From NCBI RefSeq assembly GCF_964188315.1, contig NC_135660.1, forward strand, positions 42,036,001-42,100,000: a DNA stretch of 64,000 bases. The letters are read 5' to 3'. The notes under the pieces were generated by a model. The model searched no databases, was not told the origin of the DNA, and saw only the letters and a list, made by a program, of their open reading frames with translations. Source of the DNA: Podarcis muralis. Taxonomy: Eukaryota. Below are positions 10,426 to 36,561 of this stretch, in pieces (within the stretch, counting starts at the first letter, position 1; every line of letters starts with the position of its first letter). The translations under genes were made by a program, and so were the position numbers.

Positions 10426-12982
10426 CATTGAATACCACACATAATTTCCATGCAACCAAAACAGATAGGATGCTCATTGTCGTGACCTTCCTACAAACAA
10501 ATTTGGAAATGTATAACCTCTGTGTAATCTCTGTGCAAGCAAATAAATGTTCAGTAAATACCCTTGGCAAAGTACAATAATGAAGATGAAAACAGCTGGG
10601 GAGCAAGGTTTTTATTACATGTAGAAGAGAAGGAAGAAAGTTAGGAATGTTCAGAGTTTGGAATCCTATGGTTTTTTGGAAACTCCCGCGGTCCACTCTG
10701 AGATATGATTTCTTAAGCATGGTTGAAGTGGGCTTCCTCATTTGGTGTTGCTGGAATAGGGTCCATTTATCACAGGGAAAAGAGGTTCCAACAAGAATGA
10801 TCCTATTCCTACCATTTGAAAAAAGGTAGGGATATATAGGCACATTAGATGTAGCATCTTAGCAAAAGATAGCTGTGGTAGCTGCTCTGGGAGTTTAGCA
10901 CAATTAGACAAACAGTAGAAGTCAAAGGGGTGCAGGGGTCTCTTATGCAAGGCACTTCTATATTTCAGAGACAGAAATCCAGTGGTGGTGAAATCCAATG
11001 TGTGACAATCCGTGAGCGTGATGAAGCCTTCAGTTTACATGGTAACAACTGGGGGTTGATCCTAGTTCCAAGGTTTGTATGGTTAGTGCTGTCACATTCT
11101 TATATTTCATGTAAAGTCATGAGATATGCGGGAGTAGTACCCGACAGCACTGGATCCTGTTTCCCTGTAAGGCACGGGGAATTCGGGCACTCTGCACCCT
11201 GACCCTGTTAGAAGTCTTCCATGTGACGTAACTGTTTCTCTTCACAGTTGCCATAGGAATATTTTCCTCCCCTTTTCCGGCCCAGAGCCAGCTTTTGCAG
11301 TAATTACATTTCCTCCACTGTCGACCATTCAGCTGCAGTGCCTGTCTGCAAATTTTTACCCTGGAGTTCTCTTTCAATTCTTTCTCCCATCCAGGGTAGG
11401 ATTTATCTTGATGTTTCATGCAGAATAAAATATGCCTCCTTCTCTGGAATACGATGGGAACAGGAGAATACAGACCCTGCCATAAAAGGGGCTAAGAACA
11501 GTCTGGAATCCGGTAGCTCTCTCTCACACACACACTATTAGTATTCTTCAGTAGGAACCTGAATTTGGGTATCTTTAGGAAGTCTTTGCAGATCACAGAA
11601 CTAATATCCAACTACTTGCCTCCTAAAGATACCAAATATCAAGGTTTGGCCCCAACCTCATATAGAGCCACACTGGGTAGATTCACATCTATGATCCACC
11701 TGGATTCCAATCCTGGCCTCAGATGATGACCAGCACCTCACTCCAATTTCTGTGAGAGGGCCCTGCTCTCTGGCCTCTTTTGTTCCATCACTACATAACC
11801 TGTTGCAGAACTCTCCAATGTTTCCTATTATTTATGACCAATTGGCTTGTGGGGTGGCTTCCTCAAATACGAGGCAATATTTCAAGGAAGTGAAGCATTA
11901 ATTAATTCAGGAAGTTACAAGAGTGACATTTATGGGCACAGTGTGTGTAATTTGAGCTAGGGATTGCCAGGGCTCAGAAATGGACTCATGAGCTCAGCTT
12001 TGGATCCCATTGTTGGTGCAGGATTTAGCTTACATATCTAATAGTAAGAACAAAGAAACTTCATCTGAGCAAAAGCAAGGAGAATGTGCCTCTTGCTTTA
12101 ATCAGCAAAGCCAATGCCCCACATTTAGGAAATACAGGTTAGGGAGTGCAAATATCCAAAAGACATGAGCCTCAACACATCCATTTTTAAAAAGTAAAAA
12201 CTGGTTACTGGAGTTATGCTATGCTATAAATGTCACAATGTCCACATCAGGGTCATATCTAAAATAAAAAGGTTACTAAGAACCATCATTTATAAATATC
12301 TGATTAAAAACAGAATGCTATGGAGGAAGAAAAGAATGTAATGGAAGCTTTTGGGGTGGTTCCTAAGCTTATGCTTATATAACTTCTGAAATGGGATAAT
12401 AATAATATACCAACAGAGCACCCTAAAGGGTGGATATTCAGTATTACTAAACATTAATTAAATGTGAGAGGATGAGATCTTATGTATATGGCATAAAAAC
12501 ATATGGACAAACACTACAAACTAAATTAAATCTGCTCCTATAAGGATTATGAATAACACTGAATGATCAAGGGCTTCCAGAGCACCTTATGTCAACCACA
12601 TATTCTGGAATCATAGACCAGGCCAAACCTTTCTAGACCCACAGAGACCCACCTGCCAAGGGAAGGAAGAAAAGAAACGGGGAAACCCACAATCTGGCTC
12701 CCACGTTTAATCTGAAGGATACACCATTTCTAGCTTCTGGGTCATGAAAGCATGCATCCATCCGTTGATGAAGGGTATAGAGCATCCATCAGTACCATGG
12801 ACATAGGGGATTACTCCCCCTCTCCCAATAAAGTCTATTGAAGTTTTTTCTCTCCATCAGGAAGGCAACGATGAATCTGGAACAAGGAGCAGTCTGTGGG
12901 GACTGTATGTGGACAAGGCTTGTCCGTCTGGTTGAAGAAGGGTCTGTCCATCCCTGCCCATCAGCCTACCTTCTTGCATCTC

Positions 12983-13507
12983 TCAGATATCCTTGTGCCC
13001 CTGGAAATGTCGTACCAGGCAGTAGAGTCCTGAAATTAGGTAAAAGAAGGCAGTGATACCTGCAAAGACGGCAGCAGTCAGGTAGGCTTTGTAACTGCAG
13101 GGCAAAAAGTAGCCTGGCAGGCTGCAGTAGTTGAAACTCTGTGTCTTCTGGCTCAGGATGCCTGCAGCAGCTGCAGAGAGAATAACCCCAAGCAACAGAT
13201 CGTGCATTAGGTTCGTCATAAGCCAGCGGGTCCCCAGCACCGGCACCAGAGACCAGCGGCCCAGCAGGCTGAGCCCAAAGAGCGCCAAGGTGAGCAACCA
13301 CAACAGAACTGCTGCAAAGACCGCAAAGTAGGTGGCTCCTTCATACTTGTGCGCTGCTAAAGTCACCCAGCAGACAGCCCCCGTCAGCAGCTGGGCAATG
13401 CGCAGCACTCCCAGCAGACTTCTCAAGAAGGGCCTGTTCAGACTCAGAGTCTCTCTCGACTGCGGGCAAGGCGGTGGAGGGGAGGATGGAGGTGGTGGAA
13501 GAGCCAT
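12983..13507 (-). CDS. MARVELD1: MARVEL domain-containing protein 1 (174 aa, single coding exon)
   Basis: Pro-rich N-terminus followed by RPFLRSLLGVLR, VPVLGTRWLMTN and YCSLPGYFLPCSYKAYLTAAV, with four hydrophobic segments; matches MARVELD1 as recalled and sits in the expected syntenic position. Confidence 0.96.
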   Translation of the reverse strand: MALPPPPSSPPPPCPQSRETLSLNRPFLRSLLGVLRIAQLLTGAVCWVTLAAHKYEGATYFAVFAAVLLWLLTLALFGLSLLGRWSLVPVLGTRWLMTNLMHDLLLGVILSAAAAGILSQKTQSFNYCSLPGYFLPCSYKAYLTAAVFAGITAFFYLISGLYCLVRHFQGHKDI

Positions 13508-15899
13508 GCTGCAAGACTGCGGCCTCCAGGCGCTTCTGTCCCGTCCAGTTCTGCCTTCTGGAGCCCAGCGAACTTCACCCCCCTCTCAGGCACTTCCTCT
13601 GTCTGCAGCTGCCAAACATCTGCAGCTCAATGGACTTTCCTGTGCAGGGGCCTCTCAGTTTCCCGGCTCTGTCCCTCCCTATTCCCCCCTTGCCCCTCCT
13701 CTTCTCTGGGTGGTTCTCTTTCTCCATCCTTCTGCTAACTCCTCACTCCTCTCTCCTTCACGCCCCTGCAGTCCCAAGCCGAGAGCTCTCAAAACACCCA
13801 TTAAAACTGGCTGCTTTAGCATCACAGTTTCCTCAGCTACACACTATGTACTGCTTCAGCCAACAGTTCTTCCTAAGCAGAAAGGTTGCCTCAGCATGTG
13901 GGCCCTGCAGGCACAGAGTTTTGCCTCTCCCTTGCAGGAGATGGGTTTGGGCACATTGGCTGCATAGGCACCATGCATTTAAAGCACACCATACATTTAA
14001 AGCACATTTCCGTCCCCATCCCCCCATAAGGTGATTGGGAACTATAGTTTGTCCCTCACAGAGCTACAATTCTCAGGATCCTTACTTCCCATTCTCAGCC
14101 ACAGTTCCCAGGATTCAGAAGGGGGTAAAGTGCTTGAAGTGTATGGCACATACACAGCCTCAAAACTCTGCATTGTATTGACTCTCCTAGTAGCCCAGAT
14201 CCTGGCCAGCACCACTAGATGGTGCAAACAAACTCCAGCCTGCTCTTATCTTGGATGTCAGAACTCAGGTCAGTTTTCTTTCTATGTTCTAAAGAGGCAG
14301 ATGAGACTAGGGGGAAAAAACAGTTGTATTTCTTTCCACACTTCTGATTTAACTTGTGAATATAAAAATAAAAAACTGAGGAGGCTTTAAATGGATAAGC
14401 TGTTTCCTTATCTGGTGCCTGTGTCTGTAAACTTCACTCTCTGTCTTTAGAGACATGGCTTTATTTTAAAACTGCTGTGAGCTGCCCAGAGGACAGGATG
14501 AATAGGTGACCAAGATATGTCGTACGTGAATGAATCAATAAGTCAAGACCTCCTAAACAGGTTCAAACCAGCTCGTCCTCTAGCAGGGTTGAATGTTCCA
14601 AAAGGAAGGTTGTCAACTCACATATAAAGGATCCATTATTGAAATCACTCTAATTTTGATCTTAGTGGGTCTCTTGACTTTCATATGATGCTGCAGGCAA
14701 TGATTTCTGTGTGACACGCAGGATTTTAAGTTTCACGGCACCACTTCTCACATGGTATTCTCCAGGAAAAAGTTTACATTGCACTCAGTTATTTGTTTTT
14801 TAAAAAATTCATTTAAATATGTCTTTTTCCACTATTGCACATTTGGAAGCTCTTGCTTGTGCTGACGCATTTTTCAGCTTGGAACTACAGCAAGATACAC
14901 ACTTGTGCAATTTTCCCATGTGACATTGTATCCTGAGTGGATGCGACTGTCCCTGGAAAGGGGTGCAGAGGTCTAAATGAAAATAGGGCATTCATTTAAC
15001 CCTGATCCCTTTTTTCTCTATGGCAAGTTTGCAAAATTACATCTCATTGTGCGTCTTCTTGGGGATCAAAGGGCAAGTCAAATCTCATGGCATCTTTCTA
15101 CATACTTCCCAGGGAACACGGCGGCAAAAATTCATGCCTGAGGGTTCTGGCTTCCTGGCACGCGGCAGGAGCTGGCTGGGGAGCTTGAGCCTTCCCTCCA
15201 CGTCGACCCTTAGCACGTGTCTGGCTGCGACTACTTTGCGTGGCTCAGTAGAGCGGAATAGGCACGTTCCCGGGCGTAGCGGGGAGGGGGGCAGGGAGGA
15301 GCAGCTCCCCCCCCCCCCAATCAATAAAAATACCTAGCTAACTTAGGTTCTACCCCACCCCCAACAAAAATCCTGGCTACACCCATGGGCACGCTCCAAA
15401 CCCTTTCTCGCCTGCTGCTGCCTTGCCAGGCAGGCCCGTAATTGCCCTGACAGGCAAAGGCGAGCAGGTTGCCGAAGTGGTCTAAGAAGCCAAACGTTAC
15501 GGGGTCAGGCTAGCGATCCTTTCCAGCAGCAAATCCTATTTTTCAGGTTGCTGTCAGGGAGGCCGATCGTGCTTCGCTCCCCTGCGGACCTCCACTCCCT
15601 GACCTGCCAGAACCAGATACTCCGTCCTGACCCTTTATTTGCAAAGAGAGAATTCGGCGCGAGCCACTGAAGGAAAACAAGCAGAAAATAAAGTGGGGCT
15701 GGGGAGAGGATAGGATGAAGATTAAGCCTCCACGCCGGTGACATGGCACGATCGGGTTTCTCAGAGGGCCAATTAACTCTTTGCTGGAATAGGAAAGGCA
15801 GACGCCTCTATGCCTGTGGACAAAACACACAAACACACCCCGCCGTCCCTGTCAGTCAACCACAGCAGGAAAAAGCAACGCCCCTCTTTCTCCTTGCAG

Positions 15900-16400
15900 G
15901 CTAACGCCCTTCCCAATGACGTCAAGAAGCCGCCTGCCACGCGTTACCAGCGGGGACAGCGGAGCCCCGCCTCCCCCCCACCCGATTGGCTGCCTTGGTT
16001 ATCTTCTGAGTTCGGATTTAGAACCTTGGAGTTAAGAGGCAGATGAAGCCGATTGGCTGAGATGCAGGTTGCCTGCGCTCTTCAATGGACAAAGGAATCT
16101 TCGCCGCGTGAGCCTGCGAATGACGGGAATCGGCTTGGGGAGAGGCAAGGCGAGAGCAGGGGAACCGCCCGCCCTGGCGGGTCTCCAGGAGCCTTCGAGA
16201 GACCCGTGGCCTCAAGGACGACAGCAGCCGCCAGGTCTGTGACTTACCTGTCCGAGGAGCCCGAATCCACTCAGGTCTGGGCACCGGCCTCGATCTGTTG
16301 CTGTAAAATGCCAGATTCCCCCGAGTGGGGGAAGGGACGTGGTTCCTCGCTCGGCTGGAGAGGGAACAATCCTTGCCAGTATCTCGGGCAGCACAAACCA
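15900..16400 (+). promoter_or_regulatory. AVPI1: CpG-island promoter upstream of AVPI1
   Basis: CCAAT 15913-15917 overlapping a palindromic CRE TGACGTCA 15917-15924; GC box CCCCGCCTCC 15965-15974; two GATTGGC boxes at 15984 and 16051; CpG-rich. TSS and direction are inferred. Confidence 0.65.
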
Positions 16401-17710
16401 GAATAATTTTTTGCTGGGCTCCTTTTTGTTCCCTTGACATCATGCTTTTGCTCGAAGAAGTTCAGAACGACTCCGTGGGGAAGGTTAGATGGACAGTGTA
16501 ACTTGCCCTAGATCTCCCAGGGCCCCGCGTGAATTATTATTTGGGCATAATAATACTGTAATGCAAACGAGCTGAGGGGTGCATACTTGGGAGTTATCCT
16601 CCCAACATCCCGGTAAGGTAGCATAGGCTGAGACCCTGGCCCGTTGTCACACAGTTATCTCTTTGCTGAGCACGGAGATTCAATTTTGCGTCTCCCCGTG
16701 GTTCAAGTCAACATCAGCTCTCTCTTTCCATCCAGTCCCAATATCGGTTCCTGCACAGCAACCGGGCTGAGGGACAAATATGCATGCTGCGTATGTATAA
16801 TGCCATTTTCGGAGCGATATAAAAGTGCACCCTTAGCTCCCGGGAACTGACGTATTGGCTCGTCTCTTCGGCTCCCGCGTGCCCATCTCATGGCTTGAAC
16901 ACCATGATTCATTGGGATCATCTGGCAAGCTGGCAAGCGAGGCTCCAGCTGTGAGGAGTGGACACTGCCGGGTTAGCTTGCATCGTCTAAGCTTTCCAGA
17001 GTTAACCTGTAGCTCATATTTGGGCATGTGGGTCATCAGGCTCTCTTTGGGAATTAACTGCTGTCCCTAGGCTTTCTCTACCATAAGAGACATCAAGGCA
17101 TGGGAGGCTGCTGAGAGAAGACAAATGCCAGCCCTTCTGCTTGAGTGCAAGAATGTGAGCTGTTGCCCCATATGGCCCCACCCTGGCACTCGTCCCAGCT
17201 TCCGTGCATGCAAACCGGCTTTTAGCCTGGAGCTGTTTTCTGGTATGTAGCTCCTCCCAACTTGAGCACACCTGTACTGAGCAAGCAGAGGCCTGGCTTA
17301 ATAGTCTGCTGCCAGAGAATTAAACCACCATCTGGATGGTGTTGGGGGAGCTCAGAGGCTTGCTTAGAAAAATGGAAGTGCTCTCTTTCTGATGGCCTAA
17401 CACATCCCCCAAGGGCCAGGAGTCAGCTGCAGAATAGGAATCCCAATTCCTTCAGTGGGGAAGGAACCAGTTTTGTTCTGTAGGAGGTGGCGGCAGATAA
17501 GTTGGGTTGGCAAAAAGGATGGATGCCTTGAGGCATGGCTGTGGAAAGGTTGTGTCTAGGCAGGCATAGGTGCTAGGCTGGCATAGGTGAAGTTGAGGGT
17601 GGCAGGGGAATAGCAGTGGCTGGCAGGATTAGTCATTCTGCTGTTTCACCCTGTTTCCTCTCTCTTTCACAGAACCACCTTCAGCTACAGAGTGGAGGGA
17701 CCCTAGCATC

Positions 17711-19736
17711 ATGGGAACCCCAGCCTCTATTGCCTGTGACTTGCCACAGCATCAGACCCCCAAAGCCTGCACTCGCAAGAGAGCATCTGCCAACATCTTT
17801 CAGGGGGTGGGGCTGTTGCAGTTGCGCCGCCTCTTCCACAGCAGTGGGGATGCCCAAGCCGAGGAGAGGGCCCAGCTGGTCTGGGAATGTGCAGGGAGCC
17901 GGTGCATTGCTCACGCCTTGCAACAGCTCCGAAGGAGGCAGAGAAAGCTGAGGCTGAGATCACACCTGAGACCTCCTTCAGAAATGAGTGGTGCCACCAG
18001 ACTCCTAGAGCTTCAACACTTCAGCCGCTTACGGTATGGTCTCCGTGTTCATGCCGCCCTGCTTCTACAGCTCTTGCACTCACCATCTAACAATAAAACC
18101 ACAAAGATCCCCTCTCCCCTGCTGTTTCTCCAACAGCAGGTTGTAGGGCAGCGATGGCCCTTCAAATCTCATTGGAGTCTTAACTTCCATTTGTCTTAGC
18201 TTGCATGGCTAATGGTAAGAGATAACGGGTTTTCTTCAGCAACATCTGGAGGACTTCAGGTTCTCAACTCCTGTAGTAAGCAGAATATCTCTACCTAAAA
18301 CCAGTAACTTCCTACCTACCCACCTTTACAGATGTATTCTATAAATTGCTGGTTTGTATACTTTTGACCAGCTGCTGTACTTCAGGTCAGGTCACATTCA
18401 CACCATAAAGCCCTATTAAATATTAAAATTCTTTCCACCTATTAAAATTCTTTCCACCAAAGAATTCTGGGAGTTGTAGTTTAAGGATGCTGAGAGTTGT
18501 TAGAGGTCCCTGTTCCCTTTACAGAATCATAGTTTTCAGGAGTTCCCTGTGACAAGGGATTGCTTGTTAAACTGCTCTGGGGGGGACACAGGGACTTCCT
18601 TACAATTCTCAGCATCCTTAGTAAAGTGTAGTTCCTATAATTTTTTGGGGGGAAGACATGACTGTTTACATTTAAAGCACTATGATTCCACTTTATAGTG
18701 TGAATTCAGCCTCAGCCTCAGAGCTCTTCCTAAGCAACTGGTGTTACCTGCTCCTAATGCTGTTGTGCAGATGTAAAATAGTTATGGCCATATGTCATCA
18801 ACAGTGGCCTCTTAATAAAACCACGGCTTAGAGCATCCTTTGCTTAAAACTGTGTTCATTGGCTATATTGCAGTGTGTTCAAAACTGGAGCAAATGTGCT
18901 TTGTATTGTACTCGGGCATAGCATGTAAACAGAATCTGCTGACAGGTACAGAGTTTAGCCTCATACCAACCTCAGCTTTCAGCTTATGTAAGTTGTAGCT
19001 GTTACAGCTGAAAATATAGATGCAAAAGTATGTGGGTAATATACAGTTTTAGAAACCAGAGGGGCAAAGCTTTCTCTAGTTCCTGCCCTCTGCTCATCAT
19101 TAACAGAAGCAGAATTTATGTATGCAGAGCAAGTAAACATGTAAATGTAATTCATTTGCATTATTTGTACAGTTCACACAATTTATTCTCCCTTTGAACA
19201 GAATTTTAAATTTTTTAAACGTGGATAAAAAGACAGCTAGATCAGCAGAGTTTGGGAACCTGTGGCCAACCAGATGTTGCTAGACTATAGCTTTCATCAC
19301 CTCCGATCGTTGCTCATATGGCTGGGGCTGAGAATTGGGCACGTCAGTTTTGCTACTGCTGATCTAGAGGAAAAGGAGAGCAAGTGTGCTTCTCACAAAC
19401 TAGCAAGAGAACTTTCAAGTGCAAGAGTAGCCACACCTGTAAATTCTTTCCTCCTTTACTTGTAGAAAGACATCATAGCAATTCTCTTCTTATTGCCTGT
19501 ACATATTGCTTACTTCTCTAGAAGAGATAACATACCACTCCATTTCTTAATGGGTGCCTTTGTTCTCCTATAGGATTGAAGACCGCACCACATCATGTGC
19601 TGATGTTGATGGCTGCAGCAACAGCAATAAGGAGATAGATGCAGCTGATCAAACCAGCCACTACACTGCTTCCCACTACAGGAAGAAAAAAAGTGGAATG
19701 GGAACTGCAGACTACCTGCACCAGCTCCGCCGGTGA
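17711..19736 (+). CDS. AVPI1: Arginine vasopressin-induced protein 1 (161 aa); coding exons 17711-18033 and 19574-19736
   Basis: MGTPAS...RKRASANIFQ...SGDAQAEERAQLVWECAG...ALQQLRR plus C-terminal DYLHQLRR match AVPI1. Acceptor tctttcacag at 17672, donor CG|GTATGG at 18033, acceptor ctcctatag at 19573; 323+163=486 nt. Confidence 0.93.
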
Positions 19737-20006
19737 GCAACTGAACCTGATGGCAACAGTTGTAGTTAAATGTCACTGTACGGAACAGGAGTAGCCTGAA
19801 CCCAAGGGGGGTTCGTATGGAAGATGCACTTCTCTCATAGTAAAATGTTTTCGTATAATATCCTCTGTGCTTCACACTGGCAAAAATGGTGGAGAAACTT
19901 GAAACCAACCCTCCTCTTTCAAGCACTACCTGTTCTAGTTCTCAGACTTGACCACATCCGGCTATGACAAAGCACAAACACTACAGACTGAATGTACCTG
20001 GTCATA

Positions 20007-20015
20007 TTTAATAAA
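20007..20015. terminator. Poly(A) signal: AATAAA (+, 20010-20015, AVPI1) overlapping ATTAAA (-, 20007-20012, possibly PI4K2A)
   Basis: Sequence TTTAATAAA; the first canonical hexamer I found downstream of each stop codon by manual scan. Confidence 0.55.
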
Positions 20016-23000
20016 GCTTATTATACAGTCCCCTCTATGAAAGCGCTTTGTGAATGCAAGTAGTAATTGCTTAAATTGCACCAATGTCTCTAGTTCAGCA
20101 CTGTGTTTTGCATAATCAGATGCTTCTGAGAAGTCCACAAGGAGGCTGCATGAAGGTAACAGCTTTCTTGTTGGCTCCCACTCAGTAATTTGTATTTGGA
20201 GGCAGGCTGCCCCAGCTGCATGAAAACTATATGGCACCTTCATGTAAGTAGCTGGAGTCAGGGCTGTCCCTCATGAGTTTGTCTAGCTGCCTTTTAAGAT
20301 CAGGTGGAGTCACATCTTGAAGTGGATTTCCTCAATATGCCAGTGTGTCAACTGCCTCTTCTAAATCTGAGGCGAGTCAAGTGTTGGGGTTGAGGAATGA
20401 ATTATTAAGGGTCTGGGTTTGCACCAAAAGCACAGTCTACAGTGACAGCCTTAGAAAGTCTCACTTTCTGCAAGACTAGCTGTCTTCATAAGTTCTCTTC
20501 GCCCACCTAGTTGTGAGGGTGGTCACTCCATCCTATACAAAGAATAATCATGGGGCAGGGCAAGTATAATGCTCTTTCACTCTGTAGGTGTGATCATGTT
20601 GACTGGGGAGTAGTTCCCATACTGCTATTATACAGGAGGTCAGTCCTTTGAAAAACTAAGTGTTCGAAAAAGTTATGAGATGGAGTGTGGGGACATACAC
20701 AGTCCTGGTAATTCCAAAGAGAACAGGAACTAAGGCTGCATTATGTTTAAACAGTCTTCTGCCTATATTTACTCACATACCCCTGTTGAACAACCTGAAG
20801 TCTGCCCATTTGGGTGCCTAGCTATAATAGCTCTCTCAAGGCAAGAAGAAGGTCTTGTGCACAATCAGCGTCATACTTGGTGAAGAAGTTGGGCAACTTG
20901 TTTTTTCTTTCAACTGTACAGATTTTATATTACCAAAATAGAAGTGAATACTAACATTAAGGCGATGAAAGGGTATATGTTGTGTTAAATATCACTTCAA
21001 GCCAGGGCCATCCAAGCTAACAGGATGAAATGCATGATTCTTTCTCCTAAAGGCTATAAAAGGATCAGGAAGGTTTTTCTGCAGGTGGTAAAGGGGTAGA
21101 GAATATGCGGCCCTTCAGATGTTTTTAGACTCTTAACTCCAGTCAGCCCCACCTAGCATGGCCAGTAACTGGGGATAGTGGAATTTATAGCCTGGAACAT
21201 CAGGCAGGCAGGCCACAGCTTCCCCACCCCATGGGTTCGGGCCAGCTTCCCATCCCATGCTTTGCAATACAAAAAAGTCAGACACAAGGAAGGACTTTCC
21301 AGTGATGTATGCAGTGTAAGCTTCACCTAGTGGGGAATATTCATACTGCAGGGGAAGTAGAGAGCAAGTGTGAGCCAAGACACAATTGCAAGCAGCAGCA
21401 CTATTGCAATGAGGAGAGCAGGGAGAAAATTCAGTTCCCATTAACACAAGCAGACACAAAAAAAACCACGCAAGAGACTGGCTCTGCAACTGCAGACCTG
21501 TTATGAAGATACTTGCATTGATTTAAATATATTACATACATTTCTACAGTGCATAAGAACGATACATTTCAGTTCAGGCTGGCAAAAAGGAAAAGAACCC
21601 ATGCCTGGCATCAAGTACATCAGCTTCAGCCTGGCACCTCAGGCATACAGCAGGGAAGTGTCCCCCCAAGTGAGAAAGAGGCAGACCCCCCCACATACAG
21701 GGTACCAGGCGACTGCTCTGAACAGCAGAGAAGCTGGACTCGATGCAAGGCTTCTCCTCGCAGGCCTGGGTGGCAGCCAAATCAGCAACACCCAAGGAGA
21801 AATCAGGACACTTATATGGACAATTTCAGAGGGAAACTTGATGCCAGGGATTTAGCACAGTAGCTTTCAGGAAAGCAGCATTCACTGTACCATTCCATTG
21901 CACACGGGGTGTAAAGGGCCTCGGTATGGTAGTGATCCTAATGTGAGTGCTTCCCCTTATGAGGATGCAGTGAGGACATTTCCCCCATGGCAGCAGGCAA
22001 CCCCACCCAGAGAACCTCCTCCCCCCTCCCGATTGTCAATGCCCAAACGCAGCCCAAGGGAGGATTCTGTCTCTGGCAGTGGCCTCTTTTCTGCCTCCTG
22101 CTCACCCCAGCATCGGCAGAGAAGAGGCACAGCTATTACTTCCTCTAGGGATCAGACTAGATGGGTGTGAAATACTAGCCCAAGGCTAACAGTGCGAGGA
22201 TATAGTCATCCTCTCAGTTGCACCGGCACTACATGGAGAACAAGTGTGTTCACTTGGGTTCAATTATTTAAAACCAATGTTAAAATCTACTATTTGAGGC
22301 ATTTACTCCCTTGCAGAAGGAAGGGAAGGAAGCACAGCAGTTATACTCTTGCAGGACCTACCTGCTAATATTACCCCAGGCAGACAAAAGCTGCACCAAC
22401 AGACTGTAGTCCGACCCTTAAGTTCTTCTTTCCTCTCTATCCCAACTTGCATCCTCCCAGGAGCAGTCGGTGGCAGCTGTGCTCCTTATGGATGGCCCCA
22501 AGACATGACTGGTGCCTACAGCACTAGGGGGAGCTCTGTGGGACCACGGATAACAGAGCAAGCCTAGTGGAGCAGGGTCCTCCCCCTCCGCTGCAGGAGA
22601 AAACAGGGTGCAGGGAAGGAGGAAGGAATATCAAGGCTGGGAGTTGCACACAGCAGGAGCACTTCTATCCAACTCAGATCATCCCCCTTCATCGCCAGCC
22701 TTCCCAGGCAGAGGACCCTGGGGTGTTCTCCACCCAGGTGGACATTAGAGGGACGGCTTGCAACCAAAGGATGCTGCATGCAGGCACCTGCTGGGAGATG
22801 CTGCCATGCTCAGGCTGGGGAGCGGGCGGGCATTTCCAGCCCGCAGCAAGAGGGTGGGGAGCAGTCAGGTCTAAGGAAGGGCCTCCCTTCCTGCTGGGAA
22901 TGTGCAGAGTTGAGGCTGGCTGGTAGCGCCTGCTTACATCTCCCACTGGCAGCAGCACAGCGGCCTCAGTCTGGAGGATTGGCTGCCCGCTGTCAAGTGA

Positions 23001-23036
23001 TAACTCGGGTTCCTCGATGAGTCGCAGAGGCCTCTG

Positions 23037-36120
<13,084 letters not shown>

Positions 36121-36516
36121 CCTCAGCGGTCTGTTGACTCCTTTCACTGCATTGTCACCATCCGTGACTTTTTTAAAAAGCACACGGAGAAAGGTTTGCC
36201 ATATCGGGTGCTCTCACTACAATATAAGCCTCTTAGTAACCTGTCCCTTCAATAGAGAGAACAATGCACGTCCCATCGTATGCACTATAAACGACCCTGT
36301 CACTCCAGTAGTCCCAGGTGGACTTCACAGATCCTGGGAGATTCGTCGTGTTTACTTGCAGCAAAACAAACAAACAAAAACAAACCCAGCAATATCTTAT
36401 GGCCTTTGAAGACAAACAGATTTATAAGTCCTGGTAGGCAGCAAAGGGGTACTTTTAAGTCATGTGAAAACTCATTCAAACCTAGCAAACCATCTTCACA
36501 ATGGGAAGCTGAATGG

Positions 36517-36561
<45 letters not shown>
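36517..36561 (+). repeat. (AAT)n microsatellite
   Basis: About 15 AAT units; source of the poly-Ile spurious ORFs. Confidence 0.95.

Noticed and set aside
9632-11419. Cluster of 86-158 aa minus-strand ORFs as a hidden gene
   Set aside because: The frames do not link through credible splice sites and show no recognisable motifs. The region reads like MARVELD1 3'UTR or downstream sequence with repeat remnants.
13332-14034. 211-aa and 186-aa plus-strand ORFs
   Set aside because: Antisense shadows of the MARVELD1 CDS and its GC-rich 5' region.
18034-18199. Read-through part of the 162-aa ORF 17711-18199 as the AVPI1 C-terminus
   Set aside because: The conserved YLHQ-containing C-terminus is in the exon at 19574-19736. 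An intronic AATAAA at 18092-18097 precedes the read-through stop, so it would yield a non-stop transcript.
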